A program made the translations under genes and the position numbers. Below, piece after piece: positions 10,511 through 23,292 of a stretch of DNA of 64,000 bases; the first letter of the stretch is position 1; every line of letters starts with the position of its first letter. Where the stretch lies: NCBI RefSeq assembly GCF_988243305.1, contig NZ_OZ547136.1; one strand, given 5' to 3'. The notes beneath the pieces are model-generated. The model was not told where the DNA came from and made no database searches. It saw only the letters and a list, made by a program, of their open reading frames with translations.

Positions 10511-10585
10511 TTACTCTAGGTTGAAAAAACAACAGCGTCAATAGGCCCACCTGCTACGAAGCGAGATCTGTGAACCGCTTTCCGG

Positions 10586-12019
10586 TTAGCCTTTTTTATC
10601 CTGTTGGATCTTCTTGATGATGTTGGTCGTCGAGCAACCGTCTTCAAAGTTGAGCACCAACACTTCGCCACCGTTGGCCCAGACTTCTTTACTCCCGGCA
10701 ATCTCTTCTGGTTTATAGTCGCCACCTTTCACCAGCAGGTCTGGCAGGATCCCGGCAATTAAGCGCTGCGGCGTGTCTTCTTCAAACGACACCACCCAGT
10801 CGACCGCTTCCAGTGCGCCCAGCACAATCATACGCTGTTCGAGCGGGTTAACGGGGCGGGAATCCCCTTTCAGCCGTTTGGTGGAGGCATCGCTGTTCAC
10901 AGCGACAATCAGGCGGTCACCCAGTTTGCGGGCATTTGCCAGATAGGAGACGTGCCCGGCATGGAGAATGTCGAAGACGCCGTTGGTCATCACCACTTTT
11001 TCACCGCGTTTACGCGCTGCCGCTACAGCAAGCTTCAGTTCCTCTTCGGTCATCACGCCAAAGCCGGTATCTGCACGTCCACGTACTGCGTTTTCCAGCT
11101 CGATCGGCGAAACTGTGGATGTCCCCAGTTTGCCGACCACCACGCCTGCCGCCGCATTGGCAAAGAAGCAGGCTTCTTCCAGTGAATTACCCGCAGCCAG
11201 CGTTGCCGCCAGGACGCCAATCACCGTGTCGCCCGCACCGGTAACGTCATACACTTCCTGCGCCTGAGTTGGCATATGCAACGGTGCTTTACCCGGTTGC
11301 AGCAGCGACATACCCTGTTCGGAACGGGTCACCAACAGAGCCGAGAGTTCGTAATCGGCAATCAGTTTCATGCCGCGCTCAACAATCTCTTCTTCGGTCT
11401 TACATTTACCGACAACAGCTTCAAATTCCGAGAGATTCGGCGTTAACAGCGTAGCGCCGCGGTAGCGCTCAAAATCGGTACCTTTTGGATCAATCAGCAC
11501 CGGAACACCCGCTTTACGCGCCAGTTGGATCATCTGCTGTACGCTTGCCAGCGCACCTTTGGCGTAGTCAGAAAGCACCAGCGCGCCAATCGAACTCAGT
11601 GCCTGATTAATCCGCTCGTGCAGCGGCTGCGGATCAACCCCTTCGAAACCTTCTTCAAAATCCAGACGGATCAGCTGTTGGTTGCGGGAAAGTACCCGTA
11701 ATTTGGTGATGGTCGGATGCGTCGGTACAGAAACGAAGTCGCATTTGACGTTGACGTCGGCCAGAGATTTACTCAGTGCGCGCGCCGCATCGTCAATGCC
11801 CGTCAACCCGACCAGGCGTGCATTAGCACCGAGAGAAGCGATATTCATCGCCACGTTAGCCGCGCCGCCCGGACGTTCTTCGATGGTATTCACTTTAACC
11901 ACGGGCACCGGCGCTTCCGGCGAGATACGACTGGTGGGGCCGTACCAGTAACGATCCAGCATCACATCACCAACCACCATCACTCCTGCACGTTCAAACT
12001 CTGGCAGCGTTACTTTCAT
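10586..12019 (-). CDS. hldE: Bifunctional D-beta-D-heptose 7-phosphate kinase / heptose 1-phosphate adenylyltransferase (477 aa)
   Basis: Full-length match to HldE (RfaE); ribokinase-like N-terminus and cytidylyltransferase-like C-terminus. Confidence 0.95.
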
Positions 12020-12066
12020 TCCTGTCTCCTGAGAGATTCAAAATTTGCGCGCGATAATACCATACT

Positions 12067-14907
12067 TCATTCTTCCACCAGCCACTTCTGCCAGCTTACC
12101 CGCACCAGTTCACGCTCTGCGGTGAAGCAATCCTCCGGCACATGGCCCGGCAATTCCTGTAATGCCAGATGATGAAGTTCATCGCGCAGCGTCGTGTAAG
12201 CACGGGTCAGCGCCATCGCTTCCTGCTCTTCCATAATGTCGTTTTGCGCCAGCAGCTCCAGAATACGCACGTTGTCTGACCAGCGCGTTAACTTCGGTTT
12301 TTCATGAGCGTAGCGCAACACCAGATATTGAGTAATAAATTCGATATCGGTAATTCCGCCTTCATCGGCTTTGATATCAAAGCGATCGCGATGTTTATTG
12401 CCGAGATGAGCGCGCATTTTCTCGCGCATTTCCCGCACTTCCGTTTGCAGAGTTTTACCTTCTCGCGGCAGTGTCATAATCTCGCGACGCACCGCGTCAA
12501 AGTGCGCGGTGAGCTGCGGATCGCCGTACACTACACGCGCACGCACCAGCGCCTGATGTTCCCACGTCCAGGCCTCGTTTTTCTGATAATCGGCAAACGC
12601 TTCTGCGGATGTCACCAGCATTCCCGCCGCCCCGGACGGACGCAACCGTGCATCCACTTCATACAAAATGCCGGAAGAGGTTCGCGTACTGAACAGATGC
12701 ATAATGCGTTGCGCCAGACGCAGATAAAACTGTCGCCCGTCGATTTCCCGCTCGCCGTCAGTCATCGCATCCATTGGGCAATCATGGAGGAAGATCAGGT
12801 CAAGATCGGAACTGTAGCCTAACTCCCAGCCGCCCAGCTTGCCGTAGCCGACCACCGCAAAACCACGCCCTTCGCGTTCGTTCAGGTGATTTGGCTTACC
12901 GTAGCGGACAACCATTTGAACCCACGCCTGCTGAACGACGGCATCTATCATAGCCTCCGCCAGCCAGGTTAAGTGATCGCTCACTTTCATTACCGGTAGC
13001 GTACCGGCGATATCCGCTGCCGCAATACGTAACAGTTGCGCCTGTTTGAACTGACGCAGCGCCTCAAGCTGTTGTTCTTCGTCATCTTCCGGCACACGCA
13101 GCAAATACTGGCGCAGTTCATCACGGTAGGCATCCGTCGCCGTCGGTTGGTAGAGAGTGTTTGGATCGAGCAGTTCGTCCAGCAATAATGGATAACGCGC
13201 CAGTTGGCTGGCAATCATCGGCGATGCAGCACACAGAGAAATCAAATGTTTAAGCGCCGCAGGGAATTCACTAAGCAGCTCAAGATAAGTGGTGCGAGTA
13301 ACAATCCCCACCAGCAAGGCGGTAATGCGCGACAGCGTGACAGCAGCGTCTTCACGCGCACAGACATCACTTAGCAGATGCGGCATCAGATGGTCGAGCA
13401 CCTGACGCCCGCGCGGCCCGATGGTACGCTTATCCAGCTCTTTGCGAAAATCGGCAATCAGCGTCAGCACCTGTTTGCGATCGTCCTCGCTAAGATGCGC
13501 CAGCACTGGTGTAGTGTCATCTTCCTGCAACGCGTCCTGCCACAGCTCACGCCACTGTTCCGACAGCGACTCTTCCTGAGTTTCACTTTCGTCGTCGCCA
13601 ATCAATTCATTAAACACCCGGCGCACATTGGTCATATGTCCGGTCAGCGCCCCAGTCAGTTGCTGCCAGTCAGCAAAGTCCATCGCCCACGCCAGCCGCG
13701 CACGGTTAAGCTCATCAGAAGGAAGCGTCTGGGTTTGTTCGTCGTTAATACTTTGCAGCAGGTTTTCCAGACGCCGCAGGAACAGATACGCCACTCGCAA
13801 TTGTTCAGCATCGTTTTCAGAAAGCAGATGCAGCGCGGCAATGGCGCTGAGCGTTGGCAGTAAAGAGCGCGATTGCAGCGATGGTTCGCGCCCGCCGCGA
13901 ATGAGCTGGAATACCTGGACAATAAATTCAATTTCACGAATGCCACCCGCGCCAAGTTTGATGTTGTCGGTCAAACCGCGTCGACGCACTTCGCGGGCAA
14001 TCATCCCTTTCATGTTGCGCAGCGACTGAATCACGCTGAAATCGATGTAACGACGGAAAACAAACGGGCGCAGCATCGCACGCAACTCGTTAGCATAGAC
14101 GCCTTCGCTATCGCCCATAATCCGCGCCTTAACCATCGCGTAACGCTCCCAGTCGCGCCCCTGCTCCTGGTAATAATCTTCCAGCGCCGCAAAGCTCAGC
14201 ACCAGCGGGCCACTTTCGCCAAACGGACGCAGCCGCATATCCACGCGATAGACGAAGCCATCCTGCGTTGGTTGATCCAGCACTTTAATCAGCCGCTGCC
14301 CCATGCGGGTAAAAAACTGGGCGTTATCCAGTTCCCGGCGTCCACCCTGCGTACAACCATGTTCCGGCCAGGCAAAAATCAGATCGATATCAGAGGAGAA
14401 ATTCAGTTCCCCGCCGCCCAGCTTACCCATGCCTAAAATCAGCAGCGGTTGCGCTTCGCCCTGCGCATTGCACGGCGTTCCCCATTCGCGGCAGCAGGCG
14501 TCATACAGCCAGTCACGCGCCGCAACAATCAGCGTCTCCGCCAGATGGCTGAGCTGCTGCAATATGCTCTCTTCAGTAACCAGTGCCAGCGTTTGCGCCC
14601 AGGCAATGCGCACCATAATGCGCCGCCGGAATAGCCGCAGTTCACGCATTAACCCGGCTTCGTCACTCACATTACTGAGCGCCTCCTGCAACCAGGCAGC
14701 GTAATGCTGCCATTCGTCGGCCTGCGGCGGTTGGCTTTCCAGTTCCGTCAGCCACTCTGGATGCGCAATTATGCTGTCCTGCACAAAATCACTAAAAGTA
14801 AGTACTGACTTCGCCTGTGCGCTAAGTGATTCCTCGGCTAAAGGCTCTGGCAGCCGCTCAACAACGGTCTGCCAGTACTGCTGTAACGGTGAAGAGAGCG
14901 GCTTCAT
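12067..14907 (-). CDS. glnE: Glutamine synthetase adenylyltransferase / adenylyl-removing enzyme (946 aa)
   Basis: Translation from [21 protein letters not shown]...; ORF-track start at 15111 overlaps ygiF and is not the real start. Confidence 0.9.
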   Translation of the reverse strand: MKPLSSPLQQYWQTVVERLPEPLAEESLSAQAKSVLTFSDFVQDSIIAHPEWLTELESQPPQADEWQHYAAWLQEALSNVSDEAGLMRELRLFRRRIMVRIAWAQTLALVTEESILQQLSHLAETLIVAARDWLYDACCREWGTPCNAQGEAQPLLILGMGKLGGGELNFSSDIDLIFAWPEHGCTQGGRRELDNAQFFTRMGQRLIKVLDQPTQDGFVYRVDMRLRPFGESGPLVLSFAALEDYYQEQGRDWERYAMVKARIMGDSEGVYANELRAMLRPFVFRRYIDFSVIQSLRNMKGMIAREVRRRGLTDNIKLGAGGIREIEFIVQVFQLIRGGREPSLQSRSLLPTLSAIAALHLLSENDAEQLRVAYLFLRRLENLLQSINDEQTQTLPSDELNRARLAWAMDFADWQQLTGALTGHMTNVRRVFNELIGDDESETQEESLSEQWRELWQDALQEDDTTPVLAHLSEDDRKQVLTLIADFRKELDKRTIGPRGRQVLDHLMPHLLSDVCAREDAAVTLSRITALLVGIVTRTTYLELLSEFPAALKHLISLCAASPMIASQLARYPLLLDELLDPNTLYQPTATDAYRDELRQYLLRVPEDDEEQQLEALRQFKQAQLLRIAAADIAGTLPVMKVSDHLTWLAEAMIDAVVQQAWVQMVVRYGKPNHLNEREGRGFAVVGYGKLGGWELGYSSDLDLIFLHDCPMDAMTDGEREIDGRQFYLRLAQRIMHLFSTRTSSGILYEVDARLRPSGAAGMLVTSAEAFADYQKNEAWTWEHQALVRARVVYGDPQLTAHFDAVRREIMTLPREGKTLQTEVREMREKMRAHLGNKHRDRFDIKADEGGITDIEFITQYLVLRYAHEKPKLTRWSDNVRILELLAQNDIMEEQEAMALTRAYTTLRDELHHLALQELPGHVPEDCFTAERELVRVSWQKWLVEE

Positions 14908-14929
14908 AAGCGATTTTATCCTTGCCTGA

Positions 14930-16231
14930 TTAACGTTTTCCGCTGTGCAACCAGAACGGTTCCTGATTGTTTGCCTCATTACGGAAATGTTCAATTTCGA
15001 TGCGTTGCCCGGTCGCAATAGCGTGACGCAGCCCCTGCCAGTTCTCCAGCCAGGCTTGCGCGACGACAGGATCGTAGTAACCCGCCAGCAACAGGATTGA
15101 GTCAATATCACGCGTCAGGCGTGGCAACTGGTCACGGTAGCGATCGCCCAACGGCTGGCAGAAAACGCTTTTCAGTTCAGCGGCATGGCGGGAAAGATGG
15201 ATATCGGCAAAGCGTTTGAAGGAATCGCTCATTTTACTCTGCGCTTTGGCATCTAAAAACGGCTGCCAGGCTTTGCTTACCAGCCATTCGGTCAATGCCA
15301 GCTTCGCCATTGCCGTTTCGGTAGAGTAGACCGCCGTTACGGCAGACACCGCAGAAGCGATGGTCGCTTCGCATTGGGTCAGCAGGTCACGTAAGTGAGT
15401 GCTCGCTTTACGCGGCACAATGCCACCGAACAGCATCAGCGTATGGCGAACAAGGCCAATGGCTGCCAGCACCTGCTCTTTCGCCGCATCATTGCCGCGT
15501 ACCCATAGTTCTTCATGATACTGCCATTGCGCTAACGCCAGCTCGAGCGCCGCTTCCAGCCCCTGCTCGACATCCGCTTTTGCCGCAACATGTAAAATGG
15601 TGGTCGGTTTGATTTCACGCGCCGGATTGCCCTGCGCCAGATGATAGCCACGCGCCGCTTTGCTCAGGCTGCCCTGGCGTAATCCGGTTTGCGATACCAG
15701 TTGGTTCGCCAGTTTCAGCACCGCGCGCGTGTCGCCGCTAAGCAGTTCCAGTTCCAGCTCGCAGATAGGTTCAGCAAATTCACCCGCTTTCACTTCCCCC
15801 TGGTCGAGGGCGATTTCAATTTGGCTACCATCAACCTCTACCAGCCACTTTTCGCGATAAAAATCGGTGCTGAACAGCGGTTGTACGCGGGAAGCAAGAT
15901 CGGCAGGCAATTCGCCGTTCGGCCAGACTTCCGTCGGTAACTGCGCCAGGTCGAGCGTCGGTTCGCTCAACGCCACGTTATATTCCGGGCGCTGGTGTAA
16001 GCCGCCTGTCACTCTTCCTGCGACTTTCATGGTCATCTCATAGCGACCGTTTTCGCCACGAATACGTAAGCCCATGTCGTGCCCACGCAGCCAGTTATCC
16101 GGCGTTTCGTAGTAAATATTCAGCAACTGCACGGGGTCATGGTGCTCGCCGCCCAGCGTATTGAGATGGTCACGCAACGCCTCAACGGCACTGTGATTAA
16201 CAATAAACTTTAATTCGATTTCCTGAGCCAT
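14930..16231 (-). CDS. ygiF: Inorganic triphosphatase, CYTH domain (433 aa)
   Basis: [11 protein letters not shown]... CYTH-type N-terminus; conserved position upstream of glnE. Confidence 0.85.
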   Translation of the reverse strand: MAQEIELKFIVNHSAVEALRDHLNTLGGEHHDPVQLLNIYYETPDNWLRGHDMGLRIRGENGRYEMTMKVAGRVTGGLHQRPEYNVALSEPTLDLAQLPTEVWPNGELPADLASRVQPLFSTDFYREKWLVEVDGSQIEIALDQGEVKAGEFAEPICELELELLSGDTRAVLKLANQLVSQTGLRQGSLSKAARGYHLAQGNPAREIKPTTILHVAAKADVEQGLEAALELALAQWQYHEELWVRGNDAAKEQVLAAIGLVRHTLMLFGGIVPRKASTHLRDLLTQCEATIASAVSAVTAVYSTETAMAKLALTEWLVSKAWQPFLDAKAQSKMSDSFKRFADIHLSRHAAELKSVFCQPLGDRYRDQLPRLTRDIDSILLLAGYYDPVVAQAWLENWQGLRHAIATGQRIEIEHFRNEANNQEPFWLHSGKR

Positions 16232-16472
16232 GGCCTTTACTTATCGGTTATGTCACATAAGTGACGATGAACGGCGAACTTAATGCGATCTTTTTTGTCA
16301 GTAGATAGTATTTTGCGCCAAATTGCCATGCAACGGGCAATTTGACGGGCGTAAAAGTTTGAAGCAGTGGCAAGACCTGACACAGAGGATTCCGATTGAT
16401 GTCGAATGCTTTGCGTAGCGACACTGATGCCACTACTATCGTTCCACTTTCCATGACAATAACGACAGCCTG

Positions 16473-17093
16473 ATGCCAAAATTACGCCTGATCGGATTAA
16501 CTTTACTCGCACTTAGCGCCACTGCCGTCTCACACGCTGAAGAAACGCGCTATGTTTCTGATGAACTGAATACCTGGGTCCGTAGCGGTCCGGGAGATCA
16601 TTATCGCCTCGTGGGCACGGTTAACGCCGGCGAGGAAGTGACCTTATTACAAACTGACGCCAACACCAATTATGCCCAGGTGAAAGACAGCTCTGGCCGT
16701 ACCGCCTGGATCCCGTTGAAACAACTTAGCACTGAGCCAAGCCTGCGCTCCCGTGTGCCAGATCTGGAAAATCAGGTCAAAACCCTGACCGATAAACTCA
16801 CCAATATCGATAACACCTGGAATCAGCGCACCGCAGAAATGCAGCAAAAAGTGGCGCAGAGCGACAGCGTGATCAACGGGTTAAAAGAAGAAAATCAGAA
16901 ACTGAAAAACGAGCTGATTGTCGCGCAGAAAAAGGTCGATGCCGCCAGCGTACAGCTGGATGACAAACAGCGCACCATCATCATGCAATGGTTTATGTAT
17001 GGCGGCGGCGTGCTGGGGCTTGGCTTGCTGCTCGGTCTGGTACTGCCGCACCTGATCCCAAGCCGCAAACGTAAAGATCGCTGGATGAACTAA
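16473..17093 (+). CDS. ygiM: SH3-domain membrane-anchored protein (206 aa)
   Basis: Signal/anchor N-terminus, SH3-like region, coiled coil and C-terminal TM segment. Confidence 0.85.
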   Translation: MPKLRLIGLTLLALSATAVSHAEETRYVSDELNTWVRSGPGDHYRLVGTVNAGEEVTLLQTDANTNYAQVKDSSGRTAWIPLKQLSTEPSLRSRVPDLENQVKTLTDKLTNIDNTWNQRTAEMQQKVAQSDSVINGLKEENQKLKNELIVAQKKVDAASVQLDDKQRTIIMQWFMYGGGVLGLGLLLGLVLPHLIPSRKRKDRWMN

Positions 17094-17156
17094 ATCGCCT
17101 TCTTCGTTGCACTGTCTTATTATTAGGAATTGTGTATTTGACGAAGGGATGATGGC

Positions 17157-18395
17157 GTGAAGATTTATCTGGTCGGTGGTGCTGTTCGGGATGCATTGTT
17201 AGGGCTACCGGTCAAAGACAGAGATTGGGTGGTGGTCGGCAGTACGCCACAGGAGATGCTCGACGCGGGCTACCAGCAGGTAGGCCGCGATTTTCCTGTT
17301 TTTCTGCATCCGCAAACGCATGAAGAGTATGCGCTGGCACGTACTGAACGGAAATCCGGTTCCGGTTACACCGGTTTTACCTGCTATGCCGCACCGGATG
17401 TCACGCTGGAAGATGATCTTAAGCGTCGCGATCTGACCATTAATGCGCTGGCCCAGGACGATAACGGCGAGATTATCGACCCGTACAACGGTCTGGGCGA
17501 TCTGCAAAATCGTCTGTTGCGCCATGTTTCCCCCGCTTTTGGCGAAGATCCGTTACGCGTATTGCGCGTGGCGCGTTTTGCTGCGCGTTATGCCCACCTC
17601 GGTTTTCGTATTGCCGATGAAACTCTGGCACTGATGCGCGAGATGACCCATGCGGGTGAACTGGAACACCTGACGCCTGAACGGGTATGGAAAGAGACGG
17701 AAAGCGCCCTCACCACCCGCAATCCCCAGGTGTTCTTCCAGGTACTGCGCGATTGTGGTGCACTACGCGTTTTATTCCCGGAAATTGACGCCCTGTTTGG
17801 CGTTCCGGCCCCTGCCAGGTGGCATCCGGAAATCGACACCGGTATTCACACCTTAATGACGCTCTCAATGGCGGCGATGCTAAGTCCGCAGGTCGATGTC
17901 CGTTTCGCAACTTTATGCCACGATCTCGGTAAAGGACTGACGCCACCAGAACTTTGGCCGCGTCATCATGGTCATGGCCCGGCGGGTGTTAAGTTAGTGG
18001 AACAACTCTGTCAGCGTCTGCGCGTGCCAAATGAAATTCGCGATTTAGCCAGACTGGTGGCTGAGTTTCACGATCTCATCCACACCTTCCCAATGCTGAA
18101 CCCAAAAACCATCGTCAAATTGTTTGATTCCATCGACGCCTGGCGTAAACCGCAGCGTGTCGAGCAACTGGCGCTGACCAGCGAGGCTGATGTGCGCGGC
18201 AGAACCGGTTTTGAATCAGCGGACTACCCGCAAGGCCGCTGGTTGCGCGAAGCCTGGGAAGTGGCACAGTCAGTGCCGACAAAAGCCGTCGTTGAAGCGG
18301 GATTTAAAGGTGCGGAGATTCGCGAGGAGCTGACCCGACGGCGGATTGCGGCGGTAGCCAGCTGGAAGGAACAACGTTGCCCAAAGCCTGAGTGA
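17157..18395 (+). CDS. cca: tRNA nucleotidyltransferase (CCA-adding enzyme) with HD domain (412 aa)
   Basis: GTG start read at 17157 (GTG AAG ATT TAT = MKIY); GG(A/S)VRD motif in N-terminus. Confidence 0.9.
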   Translation: MKIYLVGGAVRDALLGLPVKDRDWVVVGSTPQEMLDAGYQQVGRDFPVFLHPQTHEEYALARTERKSGSGYTGFTCYAAPDVTLEDDLKRRDLTINALAQDDNGEIIDPYNGLGDLQNRLLRHVSPAFGEDPLRVLRVARFAARYAHLGFRIADETLALMREMTHAGELEHLTPERVWKETESALTTRNPQVFFQVLRDCGALRVLFPEIDALFGVPAPARWHPEIDTGIHTLMTLSMAAMLSPQVDVRFATLCHDLGKGLTPPELWPRHHGHGPAGVKLVEQLCQRLRVPNEIRDLARLVAEFHDLIHTFPMLNPKTIVKLFDSIDAWRKPQRVEQLALTSEADVRGRTGFESADYPQGRWLREAWEVAQSVPTKAVVEAGFKGAEIREELTRRRIAAVASWKEQRCPKPE

Positions 18396-18409
18396 GTGTT
18401 GGACACTTT

Positions 18410-18536
18410 GCCGGATGCGATGTAAACGCCTTATCCGGCTACATATCAACGACGGTTGTAGGCCTGATAAGACGCGCGAGTGTCGCATCAGGCGTTGATT
18501 GCCGGATGCGGCGTGAACGCCTTATCCGGCCTACGC
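18410..18536. repeat. BIME: cluster of three REP palindromic units
   Basis: Repeated GCCGGATGCG...CGCCTTATCCGGCCTAC-type motifs between convergent cca and uppP. Confidence 0.85.
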
Positions 18537-18576
18537 AATCGTGGACAATTCCAGGCATCCGACACTATTCTTCACA

Positions 18577-19398
18577 TCAAAAGAATACGACGTACACCGC
18601 AGCCGCCACAATAAAGCGATAAATGGCGAATGGGATAAACGAAATCCGCTTAATCAATTGCAGGAAGGTTTTAATCGCTATCAGCGCCACTACGAAGGCA
18701 GTGATAAACCCAACGGCAAACATCGGGATATCGCCGGTTGTCAGGAAGCCCCAGCTTTTGTAGAGATCAAGCGCCGTTGCGCCCATCATCATCGGCACCG
18801 CCAGCAGGAACGAGAACTCGGAAGCAGCGTAACGGCTCACCCCCATCAGCATCCCACCTGAAATGGTCGCCCCGGAACGGGAGAAACCCGGCCACAGCGC
18901 CAGACACTGGAAACAGCCAATCATAAACGCCTGACGATAGGTCATATCATCAAGACCCGGCGCACGCGGCTCTTTCGGCTTCAGGCATTCAGCGGCAATC
19001 AGCAACAGACCGCCAACGACCAGTGCATACATCACATTTATCGGGTTAAACAATGATTTAATCGTGTCGTGGAACAACAGCCCCAGTACCACCGCCGGAA
19101 TCATCCCCAGCAAAATGTGGATCAGCGTTAAACGGCCTTTGCTTTCTCCTTCGTGCTGCAACGGGCGACCAAAGTGAATACCAATAAGGCCAAACAGACG
19201 TCGCCAGAACATGACAACCACTGCCAGAATTGATCCTAACTGGATCACGACTTCAAAGGTTTTCGCCGTGTCGCCCTCAAACCCCAACAAGTGACCGACA
19301 ATAATCATATGGCCCGTGCTGGATACCGGCAGAAATTCTGTCAATCCTTCGACCACACCCAATATTGCCGCTATCAGCAGCGAGTGCATATCGCTCAT
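18577..19398 (-). CDS. uppP: Undecaprenyl-diphosphate phosphatase (273 aa)
   Basis: [30 protein letters not shown]... matches UppP/BacA. Confidence 0.9.
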
Positions 19399-19488
19399 CA
19401 ATAAACCCCTAAATTATAAAAATGTAACGCTTGTCCGAACTACTGCAGTATGACCAGGTTATAACCGTTTGGTTTAACAGCTGTAAAA

Positions 19489-19857
19489 TTAATTATTTTC
19501 TTTCAGATTATTGCCACGCTCAATGATTACGCCAACATTCGCCGCCCGCGCCACTGCGCCTGGCTTGCTGAGTTTGATACGCACCCACGGCGAGTTGAAG
19601 CGTGCTAACAGCAGCTCCGCCACCTCTTCCGCCACACGTTCCACCAGCGCAAAACGCGCCCCCTCGACGTGGCTGACTACCGTTTCTGCAATGTCAGCGT
19701 AACTGAGGCAATCCGCCACATCATCACTTTTCGCCGCTTTACGGTTATCCCATGCCATTTCGATATCGAACACTAACTTCTGTTCGATGGTCTGTTCCCA
19801 GTCGTAAACACCAATAGTGGTGATTACCGAAAGTTGCTCTATAAATACAATATCCAT
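19489..19857 (-). CDS. folB: Dihydroneopterin aldolase (122 aa)
   Basis: MDIVFIEQLSVITTIGVYDWEQ... matches FolB. Confidence 0.9.
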   Translation of the reverse strand: MDIVFIEQLSVITTIGVYDWEQTIEQKLVFDIEMAWDNRKAAKSDDVADCLSYADIAETVVSHVEGARFALVERVAEEVAELLLARFNSPWVRIKLSKPGAVARAANVGVIIERGNNLKENN

Positions 19858-19961
19858 CACGTCCTGCCTGCTTTTTGGCTAACCGGATACCACTTCCGGC
19901 GAAATGTGCGTATTATCCACAGATTCATCGTTGAACACGAATTTTCAAAACGGAACAGCTT

Positions 19962-20579
19962 ATGAGTGCAATCGCGCCTGGAATGATCCTCATCGCGTAC
20001 CTCTGCGGCTCCATTTCCAGTGCCATTCTGGTTTGCCGCTTGTGTGGGCTGCCCGATCCGCGAACCAGCGGCTCCGGCAATCCAGGCGCAACCAATGTGT
20101 TACGTATCGGTGGCAAGGGAGCAGCCGTAGCAGTACTGATTTTCGACGTTCTGAAAGGAATGTTGCCTGTCTGGGGCGCGTATGAATTAGGTGTCAGCCC
20201 CTTCTGGCTAGGCTTAATTGCCATCGCCGCCTGTCTTGGACACATCTGGCCCGTTTTCTTCGGTTTTAAAGGAGGAAAAGGCGTTGCTACCGCTTTTGGT
20301 GCCATCGCACCAATTGGCTGGGATCTCACCGGAGTAATGGCGGGAACCTGGTTACTGACCGTGCTATTGAGCGGATACTCGTCGCTGGGAGCGATTGTCA
20401 GCGCACTGATTGCTCCGTTTTACGTCTGGTGGTTTAAGCCACAATTCACCTTCCCGGTTTCGATGCTCTCATGCTTGATCCTGCTGCGCCATCATGACAA
20501 CATCCAGCGTCTGTGGCGTCGTCAAGAGACAAAAATCTGGACGAAATTCAAAAGAAAGCGCGAAAAGGATCCTGAGTGA
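19962..20579 (+). CDS. plsY: Glycerol-3-phosphate acyltransferase PlsY (205 aa)
   Basis: Polytopic membrane protein; match to PlsY (YgiH). Confidence 0.9.
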
Positions 20580-20591
20580 TTTTTCGCGAGT

Positions 20592-21524
20592 CTACATAAC
20601 CTGATAGCCTTCGTCGGGCTTGCCCAGCCGTTGCTGGCACCATGCCGCCAGAAATTTCACGCAGACACGTAATTTCATGCTGCGATAGAGCGGCTCCCGG
20701 TAAACAGCCCAGATATTGGCGCTTTGTGCATACTCCGGCAATACTCGCACCAGTTTGCCACTCTCCAGAAACGGCAAAACATCCCACTCAGAACGCAGCA
20801 TAATTCCTTTTCCTTCCAGCGCCCATTGCAGCACAATCTCACCACTATTGGAGGAAAGGTGCCCGCTTACCTTCACCGATTTTTTCTCCTGACCGTTCCC
20901 CAACTCCCATATTCCGTGGGTCATATCACGCTCTTTGGTCACCAGACAGTCATGACGACTTAATTCCTGCAAGGATTGTGGCTGCGGATATTTTTGCAGA
21001 TACTCAGGTGCAGCACATAATATTCGTTTATTTTTTGTCAAAAGATGCGCAATATAATAATCAGGAATTTCGTCATTAATACGAATATCCAGATCAATAT
21101 TATCCTGCACTAAATCAATTTGCCGATCGAACAATTCAAAATGCACCTGTAACTTAGGATAATTGCGCATCAGTTCGGTAATAGCTGGCGCAATATGGCT
21201 GCGCCCAAAACCAAAACTACAGCCAATACGAATCATCCCCTCCGGGCGCGTTTTGATTTGCGTAACGTCATCGACCAGTCGCTGATATTGGGTGAGGATT
21301 TCCAGCGCATGCTCGTAACAACGTTGGCCACTTTCAGTCAGCGCCACGCCGCGGGCGGAGCGGTTCAGCAGCGTTGTTGCCAGCGTATTTTCAAGGATTT
21401 GGATCCGCTTGGTGACAAATGCAGGCGTCTGCCCAAGCGTCGCCGCTGCGGCGCTAAAACTCCCGCTGTGGACGATTTCTACCAGTACCTGCAAATCTTT
21501 GGCTAAAGGCCAGCTATTCAGCAT
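20592..21524 (-). CDS. ttdR: LysR-type transcriptional activator of the tartrate operon (310 aa)
   Basis: N-terminal HTH, LysR substrate-binding domain; divergent from ttdA. Confidence 0.85.
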   Translation of the reverse strand: MLNSWPLAKDLQVLVEIVHSGSFSAAAATLGQTPAFVTKRIQILENTLATTLLNRSARGVALTESGQRCYEHALEILTQYQRLVDDVTQIKTRPEGMIRIGCSFGFGRSHIAPAITELMRNYPKLQVHFELFDRQIDLVQDNIDLDIRINDEIPDYYIAHLLTKNKRILCAAPEYLQKYPQPQSLQELSRHDCLVTKERDMTHGIWELGNGQEKKSVKVSGHLSSNSGEIVLQWALEGKGIMLRSEWDVLPFLESGKLVRVLPEYAQSANIWAVYREPLYRSMKLRVCVKFLAAWCQQRLGKPDEGYQVM

Positions 21525-21730
21525 CGTTAATTATCCGCAGTTGTGATAAGCGCAGTGTATTTCGCAAAACATTGCCATTCCCTGCTCTGGCGCAATATTC
21601 ATTCTTATTTTCGCGTTGATTCACGAACTGTGAATTACATATTCACGGCGGCAAAAAATATAAAACCACATTTTTAGTGGTAGTTTGTGGCGGTGAATTT
21701 TTCCAGACAAATACATAAACTGGAGTTGCC

Positions 21731-22642
21731 ATGATGAGCGAAAGTAATAAGCAACAGGCAGTGAATAAGTTGACGGAGATTGTCGCTAACTTTACCGCCA
21801 TGATTTCTACCCGAATGCCTGATGACGTGGTGGATAAACTAAAACAGCTAAAGGATGCCGAAACGTCGTCGATGGGGAAAATTATCTACCATACGATGTT
21901 CGACAACATGCAAAAAGCGATTGACCTGAATCGTCCTGCCTGTCAGGACACCGGGGAGATTATGTTCTTCGTTAAAGTCGGTTCCCGTTTCCCGCTGCTT
22001 GGCGAGCTGCAAAGCATTCTTAAGCAAGCTGTGGAAGAAGCAACCGTCAAAGCGCCACTGCGCCACAACGCGGTGGAAATTTTTGACGAAGTAAATACCG
22101 GCAAAAATACCGGCAGCGGCGTACCGTGGGTCACCTGGGATATCGTCCCCGACGGTGACGATGCGGAAATCGAAGTTTACATGGCAGGCGGCGGCTGCAC
22201 GTTGCCTGGTCGTTCGAAAGTGTTAATGCCGTCGGAAGGCTACGAAGGCGTAGTGAAATTCGTCTTCGAAAATATCTCCACCCTCGCCGTAAACGCCTGT
22301 CCACCGGTACTGGTAGGCGTGGGCATCGCCACCTCGGTGGAAACCGCCGCTGTGCTCTCACGTAAAGCCATTTTGCGCCCAATTGGCAGCCGCCACCCCA
22401 ATCCGAAAGCGGCAGAGCTGGAGCTACGCCTGGAAGAAGGACTCAACCGTCTGGGGATTGGTCCACAAGGGCTGACTGGTAACAGTTCAGTGATGGGCGT
22501 ACATATCGAATCTGCCGCCCGCCATCCGTCAACCATCGGCGTTGCTGTTTCTACAGGCTGCTGGGCGCATCGTCGCGGCACACTGCTGGTTCATGCCGAT
22601 CTCACCTTTGAAAATCTGTCTCACACCCGGAGCGCGTTATGA
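21731..22642 (+). CDS. ttdA: L(+)-tartrate dehydratase alpha subunit (303 aa)
   Basis: Fumarate-hydratase class I N-terminal-domain-like sequence; start overlaps nothing, stop overlaps ttdB start (ATGA). Confidence 0.9.
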
Positions 22643-23244
22643 AAAAGATCCTGACAACCCCGATCAAAGCTGAAGATCTGCAAGATATTCGCGTCGGCGA
22701 TGTGATCTACCTGACCGGTACGCTGGTAACCTGCCGTGACGTTTGTCACCGTCGCTTGATCGAACTCAAACGTCCGATCCCTTACGATCTCAACGGCAAA
22801 GCGATTTTCCACGCTGGCCCCATCGTGCGCAAAAACGGCGACAAATGGGAGATGGTATCCGTCGGCCCGACAACCAGTATGCGTATGGAAAGTTTTGAAC
22901 GTGAATTTATCGAACAGACCGGCGTGAAACTGGTGGTCGGCAAAGGCGGAATGGGGCCGCTGACCGAAGAAGGCTGCCAGAAATTCAAGGCGCTGCATGT
23001 GATTTTCCCGGCAGGCTGCGCAGTACTGGCGGCAACCCAGGTGGAAGAGATTGAAGAAGTGCATTGGACAGAACTCGGGATGCCGGAGTCGCTGTGGGTC
23101 TGCCGGGTCAAAGAGTTCGGTCCGCTGATTGTTTCTATTGATACCCACGGCAACAACCTGATAGCCGAAAACAAAAAGCTGTTCGCCGAACGCCGCGATC
23201 CCATCGTGGAAGAGATTTGCGAGCACGTCCACTACATCAAATAA
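22639..23244 (+). CDS. ttdB: L(+)-tartrate dehydratase beta subunit (201 aa)
   Basis: Translationally coupled to ttdA. Confidence 0.9.
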
Positions 23245-23292
23245 CCCTCCCGGAGAGGCTCACCCCCTCTCCTTTTTCGCAGGCATAACACG

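Larger units (their letters stand above)
9800..10550. repeat. Two tandem ~375-bp units of the ibs/sib type I toxin-antitoxin locus
   Basis: Near-identical direct repeat (unit 1 ~9805-10178, unit 2 ~10181-10550), each containing one ibs ORF. Confidence 0.85.

Noticed and set aside
12067-15111. 1014-aa extended form of glnE
   Set aside because: The extension overlaps ygiF on the same strand; the internal ATG at 14907 gives the known 946-aa product.
22621-23232. 203-aa minus-strand ORF
   Set aside because: Antisense within ttdB.
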